Source of the DNA: Acidobacteriota bacterium
Lineage (GTDB): Bacteria; Acidobacteriota; UBA890; WLXD01
Reading direction: 5' to 3'
Assembly (NCBI GenBank): GCA_965205505.1
Contig: CBDBHB010000009.1
Span: 2,496,001-2,560,000, forward strand
DNA: 64,000 nt
Made by a program: the position numbers and the translations under genes. The notes under the pieces are model-generated. The model did no database searches. It had not been told where the DNA came from and worked only from the letters and a program-made list of their open reading frames with translations. Of the stretch, positions 1 to 7,985 are shown one piece after another (the stretch's first letter is position 1; every line of letters begins with the position of its first letter).

Positions 1-20
1 CGCGTCTCCGCCTCACTCAT
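1..20 (-). CDS. 5' start of a CDS running off the window edge (possibly the ABC ATPase partner of the adaptor)
   Basis: ATG at 20-18, 4 nt after the adaptor stop, with GGAG upstream; identity is inferred from context only. Confidence 0.35.
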
Positions 21-24
21 GCGC

Positions 25-1320
25 TTACTCCGTTTCCTTCGTGGTTCGATTTCGTCGTGGCGTGCCGGTGTCGACGCGCTCGCCGGACTGCAGCGTGCGG
101 ATCACGTCGAATGGGCCGACCACCACCTCATCGCCCTCGGCAATCCCCGAAAGTACCTCGAAGTATCGCTCGCCGGCCACGCCGATCTTCACTGGGACGA
201 ACTCCGCCTTGTCGTCTCGAACCAAGAAAGCTCCTTCGAGCTCTTGAAGCTCCTGCTCGGCATCGTCATCCCCACCGCCGTTTTCGACCTCGGCCAAGAG
301 CTCGGCGAGGGGGTCGCGCTGCACGATCTGCCCGTTCTCGTCCAGCTCGACCTCGCGCAGAATCAACGACTGGATTGGAACCGCCAGCGCCTCGTCGCGG
401 GTGGCGGTCACGATGTCGGCTGTGCACGACAGCCCCGGTCGAGCGCCTGGGACGGCTTCGAGCACGCGCACAACTACCTTGAAGTTGATCGCCTGCGTGC
501 TCGAGGTCGCTTGGGCGCTGTTGATCGGGCTCCTCCCCACTTCGATCACACTTGCCGAGAACACGGAATCTGGAAACGCGTCGATGCGGACTTCTGCTTG
601 TTGCCCAAGCTCGACGTCGACGATGTCGGTCTCGTCGATCTCGATCTCCGCCTCGACGAACGAGAGGTCGGCGACCGTGAGGAGCACCGTACCCGGGTTG
701 TTCATGGTCCCGGTGATGGCGGTCTCCCCCTCTTCGATGTTGAGCTTGGTGATGACCCCGTCGATCGGCGACCGGAATGCCACCTGCGACAGGTCGTGCT
801 CGGATTGCTTGAGCTGGGCGCGCAGGCGCTCGATGTCGGTCTCCCGCATCTGCAGGTTTTGCTCCTCGCGGCGCACCGCCTGTAGCGCCTCCAGGTAGGC
901 TTCCTCGGCGAGCAGGTCTTGCTGATACAGACCCTCGCGGCGGTCGAGCACGTCGCGTGCATAGGCGAGATTCTGGCGGGCCAGCTCGGTGTTGGTCTCT
1001 GCCGACTGCATCGATGCCTCGACCTGCTCGACGGCGCTGCGGTAGCGCACCGGGTCGATTCGGAGTAGGAACTGCCCGGCCGACACGTCCTGTCCTTCCA
1101 GTACCGAGAGCTGCACTACGCGACCGCTAACGTTGGAGGAGATGTCGACCTCCTTGAACGGCCTGATCTTGCCCGAGCCGGAGACCGTCGCGGTAAGGTC
1201 GCGGCGCTTGACGTTCTCGGTTTGCACCTCGATGGCCTTGGCGGTGCGTCCGCGATTCGCATACACGCCGGCGGTGACGATAAGCGCCGCGACGACCCCG
1301 ATCAGTATCTTCTTCAGCAT
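25..1320 (-). CDS. Efflux RND/MacA-type periplasmic adaptor (HlyD family)
   Basis: N-terminal anchor, V-x-S-x-VSGRV lipoyl half-motif, coiled hairpin, SPIDGVI, IDETDI, PGLSCTADI. Confidence 0.92.
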   Translation of the reverse strand: MLKKILIGVVAALIVTAGVYANRGRTAKAIEVQTENVKRRDLTATVSGSGKIRPFKEVDISSNVSGRVVQLSVLEGQDVSAGQFLLRIDPVRYRSAVEQVEASMQSAETNTELARQNLAYARDVLDRREGLYQQDLLAEEAYLEALQAVRREEQNLQMRETDIERLRAQLKQSEHDLSQVAFRSPIDGVITKLNIEEGETAITGTMNNPGTVLLTVADLSFVEAEIEIDETDIVDVELGQQAEVRIDAFPDSVFSASVIEVGRSPINSAQATSSTQAINFKVVVRVLEAVPGARPGLSCTADIVTATRDEALAVPIQSLILREVELDENGQIVQRDPLAELLAEVENGGGDDDAEQELQELEGAFLVRDDKAEFVPVKIGVAGERYFEVLSGIAEGDEVVVGPFDVIRTLQSGERVDTGTPRRNRTTKETE

Positions 1321-1545
1321 GATTTCGCAGATGTGGCGCGGATTCTGAGAGGGGGAGCGGAGTCAGCTTCTCCTTAGATGAGGGTAGTCACGCTACGCGC
1401 CGCCGGCAAGCAACATTTCGTCGCCGGCACGGTGCTCCGATGGACGGTCGGTGGTCCTGGTTGAGCGGCGTCGAGCGGACTATGGGTCCTACCCAATGTG
1501 CTGCCCCACAAGGGGTTTTTCGCTTCCGGAGCCGCCTGGCCACCG

Positions 1546-1554
1546 TGCTAAACT
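1546..1554 (+). promoter_or_regulatory. Extended -10 element (TGcTAAACT) 6 nt before GTG
   Basis: Seen directly; no SD between it and the start codon. Confidence 0.5.
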
Positions 1555-1560
1555 GCCTCC

Positions 1561-2403
1561 GTGAACTACACTTTCAAACAGCTGATGCAGCGTACGCTGC
1601 TGGCGGTTCTTGGCCTCCTGGCGGTGTCGCTGGCGGGTAGTCACTACGTGGCCCCGGACGGCGCGTTGTGGCCCGAGGTCGATCTCGGTGGCCCGCTGCC
1701 GGAGTTCCGCACCGATCGGCTCGCCACGTCGTGGACAGAGGTCGCGCGTGTGCTCGAGCCTTCCGTAGCTGTGGTGGCTATCTACGACGGAGCGCGCGGC
1801 GAGGGGGCTCCGCAGCGTTCGAGCGGCTCAGCGCTGGTGGTCCGCTCCGACGGTTATTTGGTGACCAATTGGCACGTCGTGGAAGGTGCCGGACAGATCG
1901 AGATACTGCTGCAAGGCTTGCCGCCGTTGTTGGCGACCGTGGTGGGGCGCGACAGCAGCACTGATCTCGCGGTCCTCAGGGTCGACGTCACCGAGCCGCT
2001 ACAGGCAGCGGCGTTGGGCGATTCGGAGGTGCTTCGAGTGGGTGAGTGGGTGGTAGCCATGGGAGCCCCGTTTCGGCTGACGGGGACGGTGTCGACAGGT
2101 ATCGTGAGCGCCCTTGATCGCCGCGTGCGGTCACTGTCGATGCGCAGCGGATTCATCCAGACAGACGCGGCGATCAACCCCGGCAACTCCGGCGGCCCGC
2201 TAGCGAATCTGCGTGGTGAAGTTATTGGCATCAATACGGCGATCGCAGTGTCTGAGGCGGCGTCAAGGACCGGGCGCGGTGCCTACGCCGGCGTCGGCTT
2301 CGCCATCCCGATCAATACCGTGCGTCGCGTGGCGGCGCGACTCATCGGCCGCGCCGGGCTGCTAGCCCCTGAAAGGGACCGCGCCGAGATCGCGGCATCC
2401 TAA
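1561..2403 (+). CDS. HtrA/DegP-type trypsin-like serine protease, no PDZ domain
   Basis: VTNWHVV (His), TDLAVL (Asp), IQTDAAINPGNSGGPL (Ser), N-terminal hydrophobic anchor. Confidence 0.9.
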   Translation: MNYTFKQLMQRTLLAVLGLLAVSLAGSHYVAPDGALWPEVDLGGPLPEFRTDRLATSWTEVARVLEPSVAVVAIYDGARGEGAPQRSSGSALVVRSDGYLVTNWHVVEGAGQIEILLQGLPPLLATVVGRDSSTDLAVLRVDVTEPLQAAALGDSEVLRVGEWVVAMGAPFRLTGTVSTGIVSALDRRVRSLSMRSGFIQTDAAINPGNSGGPLANLRGEVIGINTAIAVSEAASRTGRGAYAGVGFAIPINTVRRVAARLIGRAGLLAPERDRAEIAAS

Positions 2404-2407
2404 CAGG

Positions 2408-2460
2408 AGGCCGCCTTGCGGAGCCACGAGCGTCGATTCACTTTCACCACGGCCTGCTAG
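2408..2460 (+). repeat. Degenerate right half of MITE family A
   Basis: CACTTTCACCACGGCCTGCTAG (2439-2460) matches the terminal repeat of the 31863-32023 element; AGGCCGCCTTGC (2408-2419) recurs at 31960-31971. Confidence 0.7.
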
Positions 2461-2735
2461 TGTCCTGTAACAGAGGTTCGTTGCATATTGCTGGGTCGAG
2501 ATGGGGGCAAGCTCAAGGCGCGATGAGAATGGCGATGCGGTGTCCATCGTCGACGAATCGCAACGCTGAGATTGCCCCCATATCGACCCAGCCCTCCGGG
2601 TGGCCGCGGGACTGGCCGCCTCCGGCGTCGGCCCTCCTCTGCGATACGCTCAGCATCGCCGTCGTCGAGCCTCCTTGGATTCGACTAAGTCGCGCGCGCC
2701 ACAATATGCAACGAACCTCTGTTACAGAACACTAG
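2457..2735. mobile_element. MITE family B, 271 bp, 30-bp TIRs, CTAG on both flanks
   Basis: 2461-2490 and 2702-2731 are inverted repeats (29/30); CTAG at 2457-2460 and 2732-2735; no transposase inside. Confidence 0.85.
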
Positions 2736-2746
2736 GACGCTCGCCT

Positions 2747-3901
2747 ATGCGCCCGCCGGCTCCTGAACGACTGCGGTTGGCGTTAATTGCCTCTACCGTC
2801 GTTGCTTCGTTGCTCTCGGTGGTTCTCGGTGTGCCGCGTGCGCGTGCCTGGCTGACGCCGCAGATTGGGCGCGTATGGGTGGCGTCGGCGACGTTCGGCG
2901 ACACGGTAGCCAGCGTCGCGTCGAAGGAGGCGGTCTCGGGCACGCCCGTTACCCTGTTCGCGATCCTGGAGGCGACGCCGCGCTTTGGCGGCGGAGAGAC
3001 GGTGCTCTTCGGTAGCACGCCCAGTGTGCGTCTCGCCCCGGAGGCCGAGCCTCGCCCGGTCGAGGCGTGGAGCAGTTGGTGGTACGCGCCGGAGTTTCTC
3101 TGGTTCAAGGTCGAACCGACGTTTCCGTTCGCCAACGAGAACTTCGACCCGAGCTTCGTCGCTACGCAGATCGGCTTCACCGACAACTATCAAGTGAGCT
3201 GGGGTTTCGGTTGGAGCCACGCTGCGGACATCGACCCCAGCGGCGATGCCTACCCTGATCTCGGAGCCGGAACGATGCACTTCATGGTGCGCGCCGTGAT
3301 TCGTGATCAGCGTGACCGAATCCTCCAGCGGTCGGCCTCCCCAGGGGGCGACGCGGCCCACGCGGCCGCAGCGGCCGCGCGCCCTCATCGGGTGACGGTG
3401 CGCGCCGGCGACGACGCGTTCGGGATCCTCCAGGGGTTTGCCGGATTGCCCTATGTGCCGGTGATCGGGGAGACGGACGATCATCCGGCAGAGCGTTTTC
3501 TGGGAGGCACGGTGCTCGCATTCTGGCAGGCGGCGCAGCGGCGCGCAGGTGGCTTCGAAGGGCCGATCCTGCCGTGGGATCGTCTCGAAGACATCGCCGA
3601 CAGGGTAGTGGACGACATGTTTCTGGCCACTGACGGCACCTACTACTGGACCAACGATCCATTGCGTGCGGTGGAGTTCGACGTCGTGCGGGCGGGCGAT
3701 ATTCTCACCATCGATGATCATGCCGGGGTGCTGTACGAGGATCGCGGCCCAGGCGGCGCCGGTGACCGGATCTTGAACCGGTGGGACCGGGCGTTCGAGG
3801 CGTACTTCGAGCCGTTGCGCACGACACAGCTGGGCGAGGCTTTCGTCGCCGACATCGCCGTCTGGCGTCTTCGCGACATCAGCCCGGGGGGCCAACCCTG
3901 A
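2747..3901 (+). CDS. Exported hypothetical protein
   Basis: ATG 2747 in frame with the 433-aa ORF, signal-like hydrophobic stretch ending ARA, stop 7 nt before hutU. Confidence 0.7.
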   Translation: MRPPAPERLRLALIASTVVASLLSVVLGVPRARAWLTPQIGRVWVASATFGDTVASVASKEAVSGTPVTLFAILEATPRFGGGETVLFGSTPSVRLAPEAEPRPVEAWSSWWYAPEFLWFKVEPTFPFANENFDPSFVATQIGFTDNYQVSWGFGWSHAADIDPSGDAYPDLGAGTMHFMVRAVIRDQRDRILQRSASPGGDAAHAAAAAARPHRVTVRAGDDAFGILQGFAGLPYVPVIGETDDHPAERFLGGTVLAFWQAAQRRAGGFEGPILPWDRLEDIADRVVDDMFLATDGTYYWTNDPLRAVEFDVVRAGDILTIDDHAGVLYEDRGPGGAGDRILNRWDRAFEAYFEPLRTTQLGEAFVADIAVWRLRDISPGGQP

Positions 3902-3908
3902 GCGGCGC

Positions 3909-5633
3909 ATGGGTACGAGGATGACGGAAACCAAAAACATCGGGAGGCCGATGCATACGGACGAGCGTCCAGCGGGGCCGATTCGGGCGCCGCGCGGAGT
4001 AGAGTGCACTTGCTCGACCTGGGACACAGAAGGCGCCCTGCGGATGCTGATGAACAACCTCGATCCTGAGGTTGCCGTCGACTGGCCGAATCTGGTGGTG
4101 TACGGAGGGAGCGGCAGGGCGGCGCGGAACTGGCGAGCCTACGGACAGATCGTCGAGAGCCTGCGTAGCCTGGCCGCCGACGAGACCTTGTGCGTTCAGT
4201 CGGGCAAGCCCGTCTACGTGGCGCGCACATCGCCTGATGCTCCGCGAGTGATCATCGCCAATTCCAACCTGGTGCCGGATTGGGCAACCGAGGAGCATTT
4301 CGAGGAGCTCGATCTGGCCGGTCTCATGATGTACGGACAGATGACGGCCGGATCCTGGATCTACATCGGCACTCAGGGGATCTTGCAGGGTACGTACGAG
4401 ACCTTCGCCGCCTGTGCGAAGCAGGAGTTCGGCGCCGATAGCCTGCGGGGCAAATTCGTCCTCACCGCCGGGCTCGGTGGGATGAGCGGCGCCCAACCGC
4501 TGGCAGCGACGATGAACGCCGCCGCCGCGCTGGTCGTCGAGGTGCGCCCGGATCGTGTCGCCCGCAAGGTCGAGGAAGGATACTGCGACCGCCGATCGGA
4601 CGATCTCGAGGAGGCAGTAGGCTGGATCGAGGAGGCTCGGAGTCAGGGGAGAGGGCTGTCTGTGGGGCTGGTTGGCAACGCTGCCGAGGTCTATCCGCGG
4701 CTGGCCGCGATGGGCGCCATCCCCGACGTGGTCACCGACCAAACATCGGCGCACAACCTGCTCGACTACGTACCGCTCGGCGACCTCGAAGAGCTCGACC
4801 GATTGAGGGTCGATGCTCCCGACCAGTATCGTCGCCGCGCTCTCGATTCGATCGTGGCGCATACGCAGGGCATCCTCGACCTGCAGCGCGCCGGTGCGGT
4901 GTGCTTCGACTATGGCAACAACCTGCGAGGTCAGGCGGAGCGCGGCGGCCTGACAGTGCGCGATGACAATGGTCACTACCTCTATCCCGGATTCGTTCCA
5001 GCATACGTTCGTCCGTTGTTCTGCGAGGGCAAGGGACCCTTCCGTTGGGCCTGTTTGTCTGGGGACGAGGCGGATCTCGCGGTGCTCGACGACGCCCTCC
5101 TGCGTGTGTTCCCAGACGATCGGGTGCTGCATCGCTGGGTGAGCTTGGCGCGGGAGCGCGTCCCTCAGCTCGGACTACCATCGAGGATCTGCTGGCTCGG
5201 ATACGGTGAACGGGCGCGATTCGGTCTTGAGATCAACCGGCTAGTAGCCTCGGGCGAGGTGTCGGCACCGGTCGCCATTGGCCGCGATCACCTCGATTGC
5301 GGATCTGTGGCTTCGCCCAACCGGGAGACCGAGGCGATGCTCGACGGCTCCGACGCAGTGGCCGACTGGCCGCTCTTGAACTTCGCCATGAACGCAGTCA
5401 GCGGCGCCTCGTGGGTTTCGTTTCATCACGGCGGTGGGGTCGGGATGGGGCGAGCGTTGCATGCTGGGATGGTGATCGTCGCCGACGGCACCGAGCACAA
5501 AGCGGAGCGGCTCGAGCGAGTCCTCACCGTCGATCCCGGGCTCGGCGTCGTGCGTCATGCCGACGCCGGCTACGAGCTGGCAATCGAGACGGCTCGGACG
5601 CGCAACGTGAAAATGCCCTCGCTCGATGGCTGA
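3909..5633 (+). CDS. hutU: Urocanate hydratase
   Basis: [64 protein letters not shown]. Confidence 0.98.
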   Translation: MGTRMTETKNIGRPMHTDERPAGPIRAPRGVECTCSTWDTEGALRMLMNNLDPEVAVDWPNLVVYGGSGRAARNWRAYGQIVESLRSLAADETLCVQSGKPVYVARTSPDAPRVIIANSNLVPDWATEEHFEELDLAGLMMYGQMTAGSWIYIGTQGILQGTYETFAACAKQEFGADSLRGKFVLTAGLGGMSGAQPLAATMNAAAALVVEVRPDRVARKVEEGYCDRRSDDLEEAVGWIEEARSQGRGLSVGLVGNAAEVYPRLAAMGAIPDVVTDQTSAHNLLDYVPLGDLEELDRLRVDAPDQYRRRALDSIVAHTQGILDLQRAGAVCFDYGNNLRGQAERGGLTVRDDNGHYLYPGFVPAYVRPLFCEGKGPFRWACLSGDEADLAVLDDALLRVFPDDRVLHRWVSLARERVPQLGLPSRICWLGYGERARFGLEINRLVASGEVSAPVAIGRDHLDCGSVASPNRETEAMLDGSDAVADWPLLNFAMNAVSGASWVSFHHGGGVGMGRALHAGMVIVADGTEHKAERLERVLTVDPGLGVVRHADAGYELAIETARTRNVKMPSLDG

Positions 5634-6930
5634 GTCGGGTGGTAAGACCGTTGCCACGCTCGTCGTTCGTGGCATCCGACAGTGCCTCACCATGGCCGGC
5701 GGGACCACGTACCCGCAGCGCGGCGTCGATCAGGGGAACGTCGGTCTGGTTGAGGACGCCGCCGTCGCAGTTGCCGGCGAAGAGATCGTGTACGCGGGTC
5801 CGGCAAGCGGCGTTCTGTCGACCGTGCGCGTCGCTGCTGATGCGGTAAGTTTGGACGCCGACGGCGGCGTGCTGATACCTGGATTCGTCGATCCGCACAC
5901 GCATTTGCTGTTCGGCGGCTGGCGGCCTGGTGAGTTCGCGCAGCGCATTGACGGCGCCAGCTACAGCGAAATCCTGCAGGCCGGCGGCGGCATTCTCAGC
6001 ACGGTCACTGCTACTCGGGCCTGTAGTGAGGAGGATCTCGTCGAGATTGGCGCGCGCCGGCTTCGACGCATGCTGAGTGCGGGTACGACCACCGTTGAGG
6101 CAAAGAGCGGCTACGGGCTCAGCGCTGCGGATGAGGCCAAGCTCGTTCGAGCGGCGCGGCGCCTTGCTGCAACAGAGGCGACGGACGTGGTAGTGACGCT
6201 ATTGGCGGCACACGCCATGCCGCCCGAGCACCGCGATCGCCGAGAGGGCTATTTGAGCCTGGTGGAGGAGATGATCGCGACGCTTGCCGATCGCATCGAC
6301 TACGTCGACGCGTTTTGCGAGGAAGGTGCGTTTTCCGTTCCCGAGTGCCGCCGTGTCTTCGCCGCCGCCGCTGACGCCCAGTGCGGCATCAAGATTCACG
6401 CGGATCAGCTTGCCGACACCGGTGGTGCCGAGCTCGCGTCCGAGGTCGGTGCAGTCTCGGCAGATCATCTCGATTACATCTCGACGGCGGGAATCGCTGC
6501 CCTGGCAGGTGCCGGCGTAGTCGCAGTGCTCCTGCCGTCGGTGCCGCTGTACTTGATGTCGCGTCGCCAGGCGCCGGCTCGACGGCTGCAGGCGGCCGGC
6601 GTCCCGATTGCCCTGGCCACCGACTTCAACCCCGGAACGAGCGCCATCGAGTCCATGGGGCTAATCGTTGCGCTGGCGTGCACCTTACTGGGAATGACTC
6701 CCGAGGCGGCGCTGGTCGCAGCAACGACCAACGCCGCGCATGCCATCGGTCAAGGCGATGTCGTAGGTCGGCTGGAGCCGGGAATGCGCGCCGACCTGCA
6801 GATCTACTCCGCCCACGACTACCGTATGCTGCCGTACCGGTTCGGACAGCTGCGTCCGCGCTGGGTCATCAAGCGTGGTCGATTGGTCGCGGGCGAAGGC
6901 GCCGAGGCGGCGGTCGCTGCGAGGGCGTGA
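5626..6930 (+). CDS. hutI: Imidazolonepropionase
   Basis: [37 protein letters not shown]; overlaps hutU stop. Confidence 0.96.
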   Translation: MAESGGKTVATLVVRGIRQCLTMAGGTTYPQRGVDQGNVGLVEDAAVAVAGEEIVYAGPASGVLSTVRVAADAVSLDADGGVLIPGFVDPHTHLLFGGWRPGEFAQRIDGASYSEILQAGGGILSTVTATRACSEEDLVEIGARRLRRMLSAGTTTVEAKSGYGLSAADEAKLVRAARRLAATEATDVVVTLLAAHAMPPEHRDRREGYLSLVEEMIATLADRIDYVDAFCEEGAFSVPECRRVFAAAADAQCGIKIHADQLADTGGAELASEVGAVSADHLDYISTAGIAALAGAGVVAVLLPSVPLYLMSRRQAPARRLQAAGVPIALATDFNPGTSAIESMGLIVALACTLLGMTPEAALVAATTNAAHAIGQGDVVGRLEPGMRADLQIYSAHDYRMLPYRFGQLRPRWVIKRGRLVAGEGAEAAVAARA

Positions 6931-6949
6931 TGCCGCTTGGAGGTTGCCG

Positions 6950-7981
6950 ATGAGAATCGCGCGCTGGTCGCTGCCAATCCTTGCCGCGCTGGCGAGCTGT
7001 GGCAGCCCTGCCCCGCAGGACAGCCCCTATCGCGTCGTGTACGAAGGTACAGGCGGCCCCGGCGCCGGCAAGCACATCGTCATGATCGCCGGGGACCACG
7101 AGTATCGGTCTGAAGAGATCCTGCCGGCGATGGGGCGCATCTTGGCCAGCAGATTCGGCTTCAAGTGCAGCGTCTTCTTCACGCTCGACTCCGACGGTTT
7201 CATCGAGCCCGGAAGCTCCGACATCGCTGGCCTCGAGGCGCTCGAGACCGCCGACCTGTTGATCGTCGGCCTGCGCTTTCAGGACTTCCCGGCCACCGAG
7301 ATGCAGCACATCGTCGACTACCTCGACCGCGGCGGCCCGATCGTCGGCATCCGCACCGCGACCCATGCCTTCAAGATCGAGGAAGGGCCCTTCGTCAAGT
7401 ACACCTGGGACTCCTCCGTCCCGGAGTACGAGGGCGGCTTCGGCCGCCAGGTGCTCGGCGAGACCTGGGTGACCCATCATGGCGAGAATCACGAGCAGAG
7501 CTCGAGCCTGCTGCTCGAGGGGCAGGAGTCGCACCCGATTCTTCGCGGCGTACGCGACGTGCACGTTCAGTCGGGCGGTTACTACGCCGATCCGATGCCT
7601 GATTCCGTGGTGTTGGCCCGCGGGCAGGTCCTCGACGGCATGACCGCCGATTCGCCTCCGGCGCCCGACAAGGCGGTGCTGCCCGTGGCTTGGACGCGCA
7701 TCTACGAGGCTGGGGACGGCAGCCAGGCCCGCGTCTTTACTACGACGCACGGCGCCTCCGAGGACTTCCTGAACGAGGGCTTTCGCCGGCTGCTGCTCAA
7801 CGCGGCCCTGTGGACTGTGGGCTTGGAGGATTCGATTCGCGCCGACAGCGACCTATCCTTTGTGGGGCCCTATAATCCCGTGACCTTCAACTTCGATGGC
7901 TACCGCCGCGGCGTGAGGCCGGCCGATCTCGCCGGCTGGGATACGCCGATCATGTCGACGGACAGGCCGACCCAGGACTGA
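6950..7981 (+). CDS. ThuA-like (class I GATase-like fold) lipoprotein
   Basis: Lipobox LASC, GDHEYRSEE, GIRTATHAF, PVAWTR, RVFTTTHG; GGAGG SD before ATG 6950. Confidence 0.8.
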   Translation: MRIARWSLPILAALASCGSPAPQDSPYRVVYEGTGGPGAGKHIVMIAGDHEYRSEEILPAMGRILASRFGFKCSVFFTLDSDGFIEPGSSDIAGLEALETADLLIVGLRFQDFPATEMQHIVDYLDRGGPIVGIRTATHAFKIEEGPFVKYTWDSSVPEYEGGFGRQVLGETWVTHHGENHEQSSSLLLEGQESHPILRGVRDVHVQSGGYYADPMPDSVVLARGQVLDGMTADSPPAPDKAVLPVAWTRIYEAGDGSQARVFTTTHGASEDFLNEGFRRLLLNAALWTVGLEDSIRADSDLSFVGPYNPVTFNFDGYRRGVRPADLAGWDTPIMSTDRPTQD

Positions 7982-7985
7982 GCCC

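Noticed and set aside
1321-1400. CTGAGA motif as a possible TPP riboswitch
   Set aside because: Other TPP core elements are absent and flanking genes are unrelated to thiamine
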